DNA of 64,000 nt from an uncultured Verrucomicrobiae bacterium (GTDB lineage: Bacteria > Verrucomicrobiota > Verrucomicrobiia > Limisphaerales > Palsa-1400), in the NCBI GenBank assembly GCA_963764165.1, contig CAVXRD010000002.1, positions 1,408,001-1,472,000 on the forward strand, written 5' to 3'. The notes below the pieces were generated by a model. The model worked only from the letters and a program-made list of their open reading frames with translations. It did no database searches and was not told where the DNA came from. The position numbers were made by a program, and so were the translations under genes. Within the stretch, counting starts at the first letter, position 1, and each line of letters starts with the position of its first letter. Shown here one piece after another: positions 48,664-60,200 of the stretch.

Positions 48664-50259
48664 TTATGCCTCCATTGCCGCGATCAAATCGTAATCGGTA
48701 TGGCCGATGATTTTGACGCGGGCGAATTGGCCGGGCGTGGCTTTGCCGCGAACGTAAACGCGCCCGTCGATATCCGGCGCATCCGCTTCGCCGCGGGCAA
48801 TCCAATATTTTTCGCCCTCGGCGAAATTCTTGGATTTCCTGGACGACTGCGAGCGGATCAGGCCGTGCTCCCACGATTGAACTTGCGCCGCCGCCAGATC
48901 GCTCGCGCCCGCTCCGCGTTCCACCAAAACAGTCGCCGCGCCGCCGACCCGTGAGGCGGAGATTTCCCGGGAAATTTTCAATTGCTCGGCCATCGCGCGC
49001 TGCTGGCGGCGCTTCTTCACTTTGTCGTCGATCTGTTCTTCCATTTTCGCCGCGCGCGTGCCGTCCTGCTGCGAGTAGAGGAAAACTCCCATTCGCTCAA
49101 AACGCGTCGCCCGAATGAATTCCAGCAGCGTGTTGAAATATTCGTCCGTCTCGCCAGGGAATCCAACGATGAACGTCGTCCGCAGCGTGATGCCCGGGAT
49201 GCCCGCACGAATCTTCGCAATCAGGTCAACAATATATTGCTGCGTCGTCTCGCGCCGCATGCGTTCGAGCATGCTTTGGTGAATGTGCTGCAGCGGCATG
49301 TCGACGTAGCGCGCGACCTTCGGACACTCCGCGATGGTCTTGATGAGTTCATCCGTCCAATGCGCGGGATGGGTGTAAAGCAGGCGAATCCAAAAATCTC
49401 CGGGAAGCGCGTTCAAATCGCGCAGCAGCGTGCAGAGGGTCGACGCGTCCGCCGGGAGCGATTGCGCGGCGGCGGTGAATTTTTCCGGGGACGATATGGC
49501 GCGCGAATGTCCCGCCCGCAAATCCAGCCCGTAATACGTCGAATCCTGCGAGATGAGATTGAGTTCCTTGACGCCTTCCGCAATAAGCTGGCGCGCTTCC
49601 GCCACGATGTCATTTTGCTGCCGGCTGCGATGTGATCCGCGCATGCGCGGGATGATGCAAAAGCTGCACGGATGATTGCATCCTTCCGCGATTTTGACGT
49701 AAGCAAAATGTTTCGGTGTCAGGCGAAAACGCGGCGTGGCAAAATCTGGAATAAACGTCGGCCGAACGTTGACGTCCACCGGCACAGCAGGCGGCTGGGG
49801 AGCCAATTGCGCCAGCTTGCGCGAAACCTCTTTTTTTCCAAGCGATGTGGGCGGCGCCTCGGCGAGTTTTTCGCGCCGCCGGGTGAGAGCCTTCTCCACG
49901 ATATCGGAAACCTGCGCCACCTGATCGATGCCCATGAACGCATCCACCTCCGGCAAAAGCTTGGGCAGATCGTCGCGAAAGCGCTGGGGCAAACAGCCGG
50001 AGACGATCAAGCCCTGGGTCGGATGATCGCGCTGCCGGATTTCAGAGGACTCTAAAATAGCGTCGACGCTTTCCTCCTGCGCCGCGTCGATGAACGAGCA
50101 CGTGTTGACGATGACGACATCGGCGGCCGAGGCTTCGTTGGTGATCTGGTAGCCGGCCTTCATCAGCGAGCCGAGCATGATTTCGGCGTCGACGAGATTC
50201 TTGGCGCAGCCGAGCGAAATCAGCCCCACGCTGACGGGATTTTTTTTCTCGGGCGTCAT
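48664..50259 (-). CDS. rimO: Ribosomal protein S12 methylthiotransferase
   Basis: SLGCAKNLVD, NTCSFI, KIAEGCNHPCSFC, DAPDIDG. Confidence 0.93.
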   Translation of the reverse strand: MTPEKKNPVSVGLISLGCAKNLVDAEIMLGSLMKAGYQITNEASAADVVIVNTCSFIDAAQEESVDAILESSEIRQRDHPTQGLIVSGCLPQRFRDDLPKLLPEVDAFMGIDQVAQVSDIVEKALTRRREKLAEAPPTSLGKKEVSRKLAQLAPQPPAVPVDVNVRPTFIPDFATPRFRLTPKHFAYVKIAEGCNHPCSFCIIPRMRGSHRSRQQNDIVAEARQLIAEGVKELNLISQDSTYYGLDLRAGHSRAISSPEKFTAAAQSLPADASTLCTLLRDLNALPGDFWIRLLYTHPAHWTDELIKTIAECPKVARYVDMPLQHIHQSMLERMRRETTQQYIVDLIAKIRAGIPGITLRTTFIVGFPGETDEYFNTLLEFIRATRFERMGVFLYSQQDGTRAAKMEEQIDDKVKKRRQQRAMAEQLKISREISASRVGGAATVLVERGAGASDLAAAQVQSWEHGLIRSQSSRKSKNFAEGEKYWIARGEADAPDIDGRVYVRGKATPGQFARVKIIGHTDYDLIAAMEA

Positions 50260-51212
50260 AATCCCTGATTGTCCATCACCGCGCTTTTGCTTTTGGTTGT
50301 CACAGAAAATTTGAAACTATCATCCGTCCCCGCCGCGCCGTAACGGCCGTATTTGTCGAGGGCGACGAAATTAATGTGCAGGTCGGCCAGCTTTTCCGTT
50401 TCCGCGATGCGCTTGATGGTTTTCTGGATCGCGGCCAGCGGAGCCAGCCCTTGCCGCATAAATTCCACGATTAGGAAAGACGCGCAATAACGCATCACGT
50501 TTTCGCCAATGCCCGTTGCGCCCGCCGCGCCGACAGCGTTGTCAACATAAAGCCCGCTTCCCAAAATCGGCGAATCACCGACGCGTCCCGGAAGTTTTCC
50601 ACCCAATCCACTGGTCGAGCAGCCGCCCGCAATCGTGCCATCCGCCCCGAGGACCAGCAGAGCGATGGTGTCGTGGTTGTCCGCTTTTTTCACGACCGGG
50701 GCGGGATGCGCCGCGGCCCATTTGTCGTAAAGTTCGCGATTGTTGCCCGGAAGAGATTCAAGACCCTGCTCGATGGCAAACAGCCGAGCGCCTTCGCCGA
50801 CAATCATGACGTGCGGAGATTTTTCCATCACGCGCCGCGCGGCGGAAATCGGATGGCGAATGCCTTCGATGGCCGCCACGCTGCCCGCCTTGTGGCCCGG
50901 CCCATACATCATGCACGAATCCAACTGCACAAATCCCGCCGCGTTCGGCGTGCCGCCAAGACCGACGGATTTGTTGGTCATGTCGTTTTCCGTGACCCAA
51001 ATTCCTTTTTCGATAGCGTCAAGAATTGAGCCGCCATCGTTGAGAATTTTCATCGCGGCGTCGTTTGACGCTTTTCCGAATGGCCACGTCGAGACAATCA
51101 GCGGCACCTCGCCTTTTTTCGGGGCGATTTGCGCTTGAGTCTGCGACGCGGCTGCGCCAGCCGCCAGGCCGAGCGCCGCGCCGCGAACAAATTTGCGCCG
51201 GGTCATATTCAT
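50256..51212 (-). CDS. Tat-exported N4-(beta-N-acetylglucosaminyl)-L-asparaginase (Ntn hydrolase)
   Basis: TRRKFV signal, HDTI autocleavage site, STSG, GRVGDSP, ATGIGE. Confidence 0.88.
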   Translation of the reverse strand: MNMTRRKFVRGAALGLAAGAAASQTQAQIAPKKGEVPLIVSTWPFGKASNDAAMKILNDGGSILDAIEKGIWVTENDMTNKSVGLGGTPNAAGFVQLDSCMMYGPGHKAGSVAAIEGIRHPISAARRVMEKSPHVMIVGEGARLFAIEQGLESLPGNNRELYDKWAAAHPAPVVKKADNHDTIALLVLGADGTIAGGCSTSGLGGKLPGRVGDSPILGSGLYVDNAVGAAGATGIGENVMRYCASFLIVEFMRQGLAPLAAIQKTIKRIAETEKLADLHINFVALDKYGRYGAAGTDDSFKFSVTTKSKSAVMDNQGL

Positions 51213-52549
51213 GGTGTTTTCGTGGTGGATGAGGCTGAACCGAACACATTTTGGAATTTTGCTTCGACGTTTTGCAAATGAAAATCAACGGAGCAAAGGC
51301 TTTCCAGTTCACCGGGCGTGAAATGTTTGTTGACGTCCGGGTCGAGGCGCAATTGCTGGAGAAAATCCGCGTCGTCACGCCCGGCGTGCTTGGCTTTCCA
51401 CGTCTGCATGGCATTGCGCTGCACCAATTCGTAAGCCGCCTCGCGGGTCAGCCCTTTGCGGATGAGCGCGAGCAAAACCGTTTGCGAATTCCACAGGCCG
51501 AGCGAAAGCGCGAGGTTGCGCTTCATGTTTTCCGGATAAACGATCAAGCCGCCAGTGAGCTTGGCCAGCGTTGAAAGCATGTAATCCAGCAGCGTGCAGG
51601 AATCCGGGAAAATAACGCGCTCGACGGAGCTGTGGCTAATGTCCCGCTCGTGCCAGAGCGCGACGTTTTCCAGGGCCGCGACTGCATTGCCTCGCAGCAC
51701 GCGGGCCAGGCCGGACAAGCGTTCTCCAGTGATCGGGTTGCGCTTGTGCGGCATGGCGCTTGAGCCTTTTTGGCCGGGTGCAAAAAATTCCTCCGCTTCC
51801 AAAACTTCGGTGCGCTGCAAATGGCGGAACTCCGTGGCCCAGCGCTCCACACTCGCACCAGTCAACGCCAGCACGCCGATGAATTCAGCGTGGATGTCGC
51901 GCTGGATGACTTGCGTTGCCAGCGGGGCTGGGCGCAATCCTAGCTTCGCGCAAACGAACGCCTCCACCTTCGGCGAAAGATGCGCGCTGGTGCCGACCGC
52001 TCCTGAAAGTTTTCCGATGGCGACCCGCTCGCGTGTCGTTTTCAAACGTTCCAAAGCGCGGGTGAATTCGTCATGCATCAAGGCCATCTTCAAGCCGAAC
52101 GTAATCGGCTCGGCATGAATGCCGTGGCTGCGCCCGATCATCGGCGTGAATTGATGCTCGTGCGCGCGTTTGGCAATCACCTCGCGCAGCGCCAGCAAAT
52201 CTTGGATGAGAATATCCGCCGACTGCGCCATCTGGACGGCGAAAGCCGTGTCGCCCACATCGCTGCTGGTCAATCCGAAATGGAGCCAGCGGCTGGCGGG
52301 GTCGCCAATATTTTCGGAGACGTTGGTGGTAAATGCAATGACGTCATGGTTGAGCGTCTTTTCCAATTCCTTGCATCGTTCGACGGTGAAGGCCGCGCCT
52401 GATTTCATTTTCTCGAAATCGGCGGCGGGGATCAGTCCTTCGGCGACCAAGGCTTCGGCGGCCAGCAATTCAATTTGGAGCCAGATTTCCAGCTTGCGCT
52501 GCTCGGTCCAAATGTCGCGCATGGCAGCGCGTGAATAGCGTTGAATCAT
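51209..52549 (-). CDS. purB: Adenylosuccinate lyase
   Basis: HDVIAF, GRSHGIHAEP, GSSAMPHKRNP. Confidence 0.97.
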   Translation of the reverse strand: MIQRYSRAAMRDIWTEQRKLEIWLQIELLAAEALVAEGLIPAADFEKMKSGAAFTVERCKELEKTLNHDVIAFTTNVSENIGDPASRWLHFGLTSSDVGDTAFAVQMAQSADILIQDLLALREVIAKRAHEHQFTPMIGRSHGIHAEPITFGLKMALMHDEFTRALERLKTTRERVAIGKLSGAVGTSAHLSPKVEAFVCAKLGLRPAPLATQVIQRDIHAEFIGVLALTGASVERWATEFRHLQRTEVLEAEEFFAPGQKGSSAMPHKRNPITGERLSGLARVLRGNAVAALENVALWHERDISHSSVERVIFPDSCTLLDYMLSTLAKLTGGLIVYPENMKRNLALSLGLWNSQTVLLALIRKGLTREAAYELVQRNAMQTWKAKHAGRDDADFLQQLRLDPDVNKHFTPGELESLCSVDFHLQNVEAKFQNVFGSASSTTKTP

Positions 52550-52573
52550 GAATGGGTTGTTTGGTTTGCGAAC

Positions 52574-53473
52574 TCAGCGCCGCGCCATTTTGCTGCGCGC
52601 CGCCTCCAGAATCTGCCGCTCCCTTGGCGTCAAACTATGAATGCCGTGGGCGGAAATTTTTTCCAAAATGGGATCCACTTCGCGGCTGATGAATTCCGCC
52701 GAGGGAATTTCCTCGGTTTCGCTGCGCTGGGCGCGCGCCGGCCGTTTCGGAGAACTCGAAGGAATGGTGGGGCGGGCTGGGCGGCGCTGCCAGAATTCAA
52801 AATTTGTATTCATCGTCCTAACCCATTTCATCCAGGCAATTCCCGTAATCATGCCTCCCAAATGGGCTCCGTGCGCGATGCCGCCGGCCCACAGTGGCTT
52901 TCCGAGAAAGGGCGCGGCGACCCCAAAAACGCTGATGATGCCTTCAAACGCCAGGAGAAATTTCAACGGGAACGTCAGCGGGAACACATAAAAGATCAAC
53001 AGAGTAATCGGATTGTCCGGCGCATGCATGGCATAAGCCGCAATCAACCCAAAAACACCCGCCGAGGCCCCCACCACGCTGCTTGGAACCGCTTGCGGAT
53101 AAATGGCGCGCAACAGGACTTGCAGCGCGATTTCCAGGATGCCCCCAATGGTGCCACTGGCCAGATAGAGCTTCAACATTCCCGCCGAGCCGAGGATGTC
53201 CTCCACCGCGCGCCCGAAGAAATAGAGGCCGAGGAGGTTGCCGAACAAATGAAAAAAGCCACCGTGCAAAAACTGAAAAGTGACAAGCTGATATATTTGC
53301 CAATGAGCGAGTCCATCCATGCTCAGGGCCAGGTAATTTTCCACGAAGCCGCCCCGCAATTTTTCCAAGAGCATTTGGACGATATAACAAGCAATAAGCG
53401 TGACACACAGAATCGTGGTCATCGACCAGTTCGGCCGATAGGGTGTGCGCATGTATTGACGGTCATCCAGCAT
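52574..53473 (-). CDS. Rhomboid intramembrane serine protease with C-terminal DUF6576-like tail
   Basis: HLFGN, GASAG, AHLGG, VDPILEKISAHG..SLT..ER. Confidence 0.9.
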   Translation of the reverse strand: MLDDRQYMRTPYRPNWSMTTILCVTLIACYIVQMLLEKLRGGFVENYLALSMDGLAHWQIYQLVTFQFLHGGFFHLFGNLLGLYFFGRAVEDILGSAGMLKLYLASGTIGGILEIALQVLLRAIYPQAVPSSVVGASAGVFGLIAAYAMHAPDNPITLLIFYVFPLTFPLKFLLAFEGIISVFGVAAPFLGKPLWAGGIAHGAHLGGMITGIAWMKWVRTMNTNFEFWQRRPARPTIPSSSPKRPARAQRSETEEIPSAEFISREVDPILEKISAHGIHSLTPRERQILEAARSKMARR

Positions 53474-53483
53474 TGCGGACAAA

Positions 53484-54005
53484 CTACCTTTGAATGGCTG
53501 GCTTTTCAACGCTTTCGCGTTGAATTCGCGAAATTAACCGCTTGGTCATCTTGACATGGGGGCCGGCGGTCGGGATCTCAAACACGTCGGAGGCAATATC
53601 CCAGCCGTGGGCCTGGTAGAAACCGGCGGCGGGCACGCGCGCATTGCACCAGAGCCAGCCAGCCTTGTCTTCCTGCGTGGCGGCGGCCTCGGCATGCAGG
53701 AGGATTTGCCGGCCAAGACCGAAACGCTGGTAGCCTTTCTCCACCGCCATGCCGCGAAGCTGCCAGGCTGGCTCGCCTCGCCACGAATTGAGCATCATGG
53801 TGGCGCAGGCGATGGGAGGGAGAGAAGCAACGGCAGATATGTGAGGCATGCCGGCGGGAAACGCAGCCCAATGGATGGTTGATGGGGCAGCATCGCCATC
53901 GAAAGACGCGGTTTCTGGCGGCAGGCCTGCGCGCAAAATGCGGTGCCGCAAATCCAGAATGACGTCGACGGTGACGCGGCGGATTTCAATTTCGGGCGCT
54001 GGCAT
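53484..54005 (-). CDS. GNAT family acetyltransferase
   Basis: QLRGMAV, QRFGLG, LWCNAR...FY. Confidence 0.88.
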   Translation of the reverse strand: MPAPEIEIRRVTVDVILDLRHRILRAGLPPETASFDGDAAPSTIHWAAFPAGMPHISAVASLPPIACATMMLNSWRGEPAWQLRGMAVEKGYQRFGLGRQILLHAEAAATQEDKAGWLWCNARVPAAGFYQAHGWDIASDVFEIPTAGPHVKMTKRLISRIQRESVEKPAIQR

Positions 54006-54131
54006 GAGGCACAAAATGAGATTTTGCCGCGAGATTGTCAATCGGGCGTTCGCGGAACCGCTCCCATTATTCCCATTCCTCCCATAAGTCCCATCTCCGG
54101 AAGAAGAATGGGAATAATGGGAGTTATGAGC

Positions 54132-55046
54132 TTACTTGGTCATGGCCGGCCTAGGACGCGGCTTGTAGAGCGCGAAAATGTCTGTTTGGTGTCGGATTCC
54201 CATATTTTCCGGCGCGCGCGAACCGCTTTCCGGCGGTTTCGTGTAAACGGGGTTCCCAGGCTTGCCCGTTTTCACCTCTTCCACCAATTCCGCCACGCTC
54301 TGCAGCACGCGCGTCGGCTGGTAAACGTAATCGCCCACCATTTCAAATTGCGTTGAACCGCTCAGCACGAGATACGATTGCAACCCGGCTTCAAACGCGC
54401 CTCGAATGTCCGTCTCCATCGTATCGCCAATCATGATGACTTGCTCAGGCGCCGAACCGAATGCGGCCAGCTTCTTGCGCGCCTGCTGGAACATGAAGCC
54501 GTTGGGCTTGCCGAGATAATACGCCCTTCGGCCTGTGCTGGCCTCAAGGAACGAGGCGGTGGCGCCCGCGCCGGGGCGGGTTTTTTCATGGCCCACCGGG
54601 CACCAATTATCCGGGTTGGTGGCCACCAGCCGCGCGCCTTTTTCGATGAGTTCGTGCGCTTTGTTGAGCTTTTCCATCGAAATCGAGCCCTCGCCGACCA
54701 CCACGTAATGCGGGCGGATGGCGTCGTTGGGAATTTTCTGCTCATGCAGCGCCGCCATCAAGCCGCCTTCGCCCACGGCGAAAACGGTGCAATTGGGATC
54801 AGCGGCGCAGAGGAAATCGGCCGTATTCAGCGCGGAAGTGTAAAAATGTTTGCGCGTCAAACCGTGAATGCCCAAGTGCCTGAGCCGCACGACCAGATCT
54901 TCGGGGGTCGGCGCGGAATTGTTGGTCAGGAACAGGAAAGGCGTGCCCGTTGCGTTCAGGGCCTGCACGAAATCAACGGCCCCGGCAATAAGCTGATTCT
55001 CCCGATATATAACCCCGTCCATATCAATCAGGTAGCCTGTTTTCAT
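54132..55046 (-). CDS. HAD-IIA family hydrolase (NagD-like)
   Basis: DMDGV, LTNNS, ATNPD, GKP, IGDTMETDI. Confidence 0.92.
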   Translation of the reverse strand: MKTGYLIDMDGVIYRENQLIAGAVDFVQALNATGTPFLFLTNNSAPTPEDLVVRLRHLGIHGLTRKHFYTSALNTADFLCAADPNCTVFAVGEGGLMAALHEQKIPNDAIRPHYVVVGEGSISMEKLNKAHELIEKGARLVATNPDNWCPVGHEKTRPGAGATASFLEASTGRRAYYLGKPNGFMFQQARKKLAAFGSAPEQVIMIGDTMETDIRGAFEAGLQSYLVLSGSTQFEMVGDYVYQPTRVLQSVAELVEEVKTGKPGNPVYTKPPESGSRAPENMGIRHQTDIFALYKPRPRPAMTK

Positions 55047-55150
55047 AGTTTGATTTGATTCGTCTGCAATAAATCCAATGCGGCTGCTGGAACATCAAGG
55101 GAATAGAGCAGTCGGAAGGAATTTGCGGCCGTGGTATTGGCAGCGGCTCA

Positions 55151-55179
55151 TAACTACACCACCACCGGTGGTGTGTCAA
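55151..55179 (-). promoter_or_regulatory. Sigma70 promoter with a 14-bp palindrome in the spacer
   Basis: Minus strand TTGACA-CACCACCGGTGGTGGTG-TAGTTA (17-nt spacer). Confidence 0.65.
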
Positions 55180-55291
55180 GGACCCGTTTTTTGTGGCCAG
55201 CTTTCGCCATGGCGCTCCCGCCGCGCCATCTTGCTGCGCGGAACGGCTCGGCCGGAGTCTCGCCCCACCGGAATTCAGCAAGGATCAACGC

Positions 55292-56392
55292 TCACGGAAC
55301 TGGCGCTTCGTAAGGCAGGCTGAGCGCGTCGGCGACGGCTTTGTGCGTGACTTTGCCGTTCATCACGTTGATGCCGCCAAGCAATGCCGGTTGCATCTCG
55401 CAAGCTTCCTTCAACCCCAGATCCGCCAGCATTTCGACGTAACGATGCGTCACGTTGGTAAGCCCTTGCGTCGCGGTGCGCGCATATGCGCCGGGCATGT
55501 TCGCGACGCAGTAATGCACCACGCCTTCCTCCACGTACGTCGGATGATCATGCGTGGTGGGGCGCGAGGTGGATGAGCATCCTCCCTGATCAATGGCGAT
55601 GTCCACGAACACGCTGCCGGGGCGCATTTTGCGGAGCATAAGGCGGTCAATCAACTTCGGCGCTTTCGCCCCAGGCACGAGCACCGCGCCGATCAGCAAA
55701 TCAACCTGCGGCAGCAAATCGTGCAGATGCGCTTCGCTCGAGTAAAGCGTGTTGGCCGAATGCAGCGTAATGTCGAGGAAACGCATGCGCTCCGTGTCCA
55801 CTTCAAGAATCGTGACATCCGCGCCAATTCCCGTGGCCATGCGGGCCGCGTTGATTCCGCTGGTGCCGCCGCCGAGGACGACGACTTTCCCGGGCAGCAC
55901 TCCCGGCACGCCGCCCAGCAATACGCCGCTGCCGCCATTATGCTTGGCCAGATAATATCCGCCGACCAGGACGGACATGCGCCCGGCGATTTCGCTCATG
56001 GGCTCCAGCAGCGGCAGGCGGCGGTTGAGTTCAATCGTCTCATACGCGATGCCGGTGACGCCGGAATTCATCATCGCCAGCGTCAAAGCCTTGTCGGCGG
56101 CCAGGTGCAAATACGTGAAAAGAATCTGCCCTTTGTGCATCAGCTCAAATTCCGATTCCTGCGGCTCCTTGACCTTGACGATCAAATCGGCCTTGTGAAA
56201 AACGGTTTCGTGATGGGAGGACATCTGCGCGCCGGCCTGTTCGTAATCGGCGTCGCAATATCCCGCCCCGGCCCCGGCGTTCCGCTCGACGATGACTTGG
56301 TGGCCGCGTTTGGCCAGTTGGTAGACGGCCGAAGGCAGCAGGGCCACGCGATGTTCCTGCAGTTTAATCTCACGAGGGACTCCAATAATCAT
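55292..56392 (-). CDS. ald: Alanine dehydrogenase
   Basis: IGVPREIK, KVKEP, FTYLHLA, PMSEIAGR, DIAIDQGG, YCVANMPG. Confidence 0.96.
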   Translation of the reverse strand: MIIGVPREIKLQEHRVALLPSAVYQLAKRGHQVIVERNAGAGAGYCDADYEQAGAQMSSHHETVFHKADLIVKVKEPQESEFELMHKGQILFTYLHLAADKALTLAMMNSGVTGIAYETIELNRRLPLLEPMSEIAGRMSVLVGGYYLAKHNGGSGVLLGGVPGVLPGKVVVLGGGTSGINAARMATGIGADVTILEVDTERMRFLDITLHSANTLYSSEAHLHDLLPQVDLLIGAVLVPGAKAPKLIDRLMLRKMRPGSVFVDIAIDQGGCSSTSRPTTHDHPTYVEEGVVHYCVANMPGAYARTATQGLTNVTHRYVEMLADLGLKEACEMQPALLGGINVMNGKVTHKAVADALSLPYEAPVP

Positions 56393-56470
56393 ATTGCCGG
56401 AAATGGTGCTGCTGCATGCGGCATTGTCAAGGGACAACGGAAAGCGAAGGCTGTGAAGCGCAAAGAATCG

Positions 56471-56609
56471 AATCTGGAACTCAGGAAATCAAGAAAAGAG
56501 GCCTCCGGACCGATGCAAGCGCATTTGGGCGCAACCGTCTTGGTCGCCCTGACTGGTCCATTATAACCACCAGAAAGTCCACCGTTCCTGAGTTCGTGAG
56601 TTCCAGATT
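56471..56609. repeat. Inverted pair of the CAGGAA-family 25-bp repeat
   Basis: AATCTGGAACTCAGGAAATCAAGAA ... TTCCTGAGTTCGTGAGTTCCAGATT. Confidence 0.8.
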
Positions 56610-57255
56610 AACCCTTGCCGAAACCCCAATAAGGAATGAATGTGCATAAATCTCGAAAAATCGGTAACATTGGCTGCATCGTTGATGATCAATTAGATAG
56701 TAGGTAACAATGGGTTCCTCGCCATATTCGGTGGAATGAGACAACTCGTTAGCCGTCGCTGCGGGACAACCCATTTGGAGTCCAGGCTTGGCACTGGCTT
56801 GGCCAAAGCTCGGTATGATGTATGATCTCGAAAAAGGGGCAACACCCGCTACACGGTTGACCATCAACGAGATAAGGGGCAACAAAAATAGCAACAAACC
56901 CGCAACAGACCCGCAACATTTCTTCCCGCGCTGTCTGGTTGCATGAAACGCGGCGTCTTTCCGTCCTTCCCTGAAAATTTTCATCAAGATGCCTGCACCA
57001 TCATTTGTTCCATTGAAAACAGCGAGGAACCTAACATTTGCAGCTACACGTCGGTAACAATCAGCTACATTTCCCCCGGTTTAAACAGGAGTCTCCCGCG
57101 AGCCTGGCGTCCAATTGCAAAGTCGGTGCTAGTCTCGAGAATAAATGTTAACCGGGCGGTTGTTTGGCTGGGTACCCAAAAAGTTTCCTACCAGCTGTTC
57201 GGGTAACACCCTATAGTGCCAGCGGGTTTTTTCATTATGATCATTATTCTGACTT

Positions 57256-60200
57256 ATGACACGCAAACCCATCTCTCTTCCCGCGCCACTCTGGCTGGTT
57301 CTGTTCACCCTCGTGGCACTGGCATCAAGCGCCCGGGCAACGGTGCTGGCGATCACCGAGTGCAATTGCTCCAACATAACTATTCTGGTGGAGAAATTCA
57401 CCAATTACCCCCCCGGCGCGCTCACGGTGACGCTTGGTGGCACTGCTACTAATGGCGGGGTGCTGGTTCCGAGCACCTTTTACTATACGAACCAAACAAT
57501 AGTGCTGAATCGTCCGGCTGGCCTGGCTGGCGGCGCCATTTGGATAAAGGTTTTCCTGTATAACGTGCTGTTTGCCAATAATAATCTGATTCTTTGCGAG
57601 TGCGCCACCAACACCACATCCACCAATTGCGAATGCACCGGAGCTGAGGGGCCTGCCGGGCCAACCGGACCTGAGGGCCCAAGGGGCCTTTCGGGAGCTG
57701 AGGGACCAAAAGGGGCTTCGGGACCTGAGGGTCCCAAGGGCGTTGCTGGACCAAAGGGCGCTACGGGACCCGCGGGGGTGGCTGGCGCAAAAGGCGCTAC
57801 TGGACCTGCTGGACCCAAAGGATCTCCCGGCACACCCGGAGGAAAAATCGGCCCCGCAGGAACCAACGGTCTGAACGGAACCAATGGGCTATCAGGGGCA
57901 ATCGGCCCTGCGGGCGGGACAGGTGCAACGGGACCCGCTGGGCCAGTGGGAGCAACTGGACTACCCGGTGTCGCAGGACAGCCCGGAGAAATCGGGCCTC
58001 GAGGATTCGCGGGAGCCAACGGGCTAAACGGAACCAATGGATTATCCGGCCCAATAGGACCGGTAGGAGCAACCGGTGCAACTGGATTTACTGGGCCCGC
58101 CGGGCCAGCAGGATTAATGGGTGCAGCCGGCGCAACAGGACAAACGGGTGCCATGGGATTAACCGGGCCAACAGGCCCTGAGGGGCTTGCGGGAACCAAT
58201 GGGCTGAATGGAACCAATGGGGCACCCGGGGCCATCGGCCCCGCGGGAGCAATCGGTGCAACTGGATTTACTGGTCCCGCCGGGCCAGCAGGATTAATGG
58301 GTGCAGCCGGTGCAACAGGACAAACGGGTGCCATGGGATTAACCGGGCCAGCAGGCCCTGAGGGGCTTGCGGGAACCAATGGGCTGAATGGGACCAACGG
58401 GGCACCCGGGGCCATCGGCCCCGCGGGAGCAATCGGTGCAACTGGATTTACTGGTCCCGCCGGGCCAGCAGGATTAATGGGTGCAGCCGGCGCAACAGGA
58501 CAAACGGGTGCCATGGGATTAACCGGGCCAACAGGCCCTGAAGGACTTGCAGGAACCAACGGATTGAATGGAACCAACGGAGCACCCGGGGCCATCGGCC
58601 CCGCGGGAGCAATCGGTACAACTGGATTTACTGGGCCCGCCGGGCCAGCAGGATTAATGGGTGCAGCCGGCGCAACAGGACAAGCGGGTGCCATGGGATT
58701 AACCGGGCCAACAGGCCCTGAGGGACTTGCGGGAACCAATGGGCTGAATGGGACCAACGGGGCGCCCGGGGCGATCGGCCCCGCGGGAGCAATCGGTGCA
58801 ACTGGATTTACTGGTCCCGCCGGGCCAGCAGGATTAATGGGTGCAGCCGGCGCAACAGGACAAACGGGTGTCATGGGATTAACCGGGCCAACAGGCTCTG
58901 AAGGGCTTGCGGGAACCAATGGGCTGAATGGAACCAACGGGGCACCCGGGGCGATCGGCCCCGCGGGAGCAATCGGCGCAACTGGATTTACTGGGCCCGC
59001 CGGGCCAGCAGGATTAATGGGTGCAGTCGGCGCAACAGGACAAGCGGGTGCCATGGGATTAACTGGGCCAACTGGCCCTGAGGGGCTTGCGGGAACCAAT
59101 GGGCTGAATGGGACCAACGGGGCACCCGGGGCGATCGGCCCCGCGGGAGCAATCGGTGCAACTGGATTTACTGGGCCCGCCGGGCCAGCAGGATTAATGG
59201 GTGCAGCCGGTGCAATAGGACAAGCGGGTGCCATGGGATTAACCGGGCCAACAGGCCCTGAAGGACTTGCGGGAACCAATGGGCTGAATGGGACCAACGG
59301 GGCAATGGGACTAATGGGTGCGACAGGCTCCGCCGGACCCGCGGGAGCAACTGGCCTTGCCGGACCTGTGGGACCGCAAGGACAAGTGGGAGCAACCGGC
59401 GCAACCGGACTCGCGGGCGCGGCAGGATTGACTGGAGCAACTGGCGTCGAAGGACCCGCAGGAACTAATGGACTGAATGGAACTAACGGGCTCAATGGAA
59501 TCAATGGATCAACCGGGGCAATCGGGCCTGCGGGATCAACCGGAGCAACAGGACTCATGGGCACAACGGGACTGCCTGGGGCACCGGGTCTTGACGGAAC
59601 CAACGGATTGAATGGAACCAATGGGACAACAGGACTTACAGGTGCGACAGGGGCTGCCGGACCTGCGGGAGCAACTGGCCCTGCTGGGCCTGCAGGAGCG
59701 CAAGGAGTGGTCGGAGCAACCGGAGCAACAGGACTCATGGGCACAACGGGACTGCCTGGGGCGCCGGGCCTTGACGGAACTAACGGATTGAATGGAACCA
59801 ATGGGCCCATTGGACTTACAGGTGCAACAGGGGCGGTCGGACTTACGGGAGCAACTGGCCTTGCTGGGCCTGCGGGACCGCAGGGACTAGCAGGAGTAAC
59901 CGGCGCAACCGGACTTGCGGGTGCAGCGGGACCGTCTGGGGTGCCCGGCCTTGACGGAACCAACGGATTAAATGGAACCAATGGGCCAATTGGACTTACA
60001 GGTGCAACCGGGGCAGCCGGACCTGCGGGAGCAACCGGCCTTGCCGGACCTGTAGGAGCGCAAGGACCAGTCGGAGCAACCGGCGCAACTGGACTTGCGG
60101 GCGCGATAGGATTGACCGGAGCAACTGGCGTCGAAGGACCCGCAGGAACTAATGGACTGAATGGAACTAACGGGCTCAATGGAATCAATGGATCAACCGG

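Noticed and set aside
56481..56987. 168-aa ORF
   Set aside because: Runs through a dispersed repeat pair and has no recognisable motif
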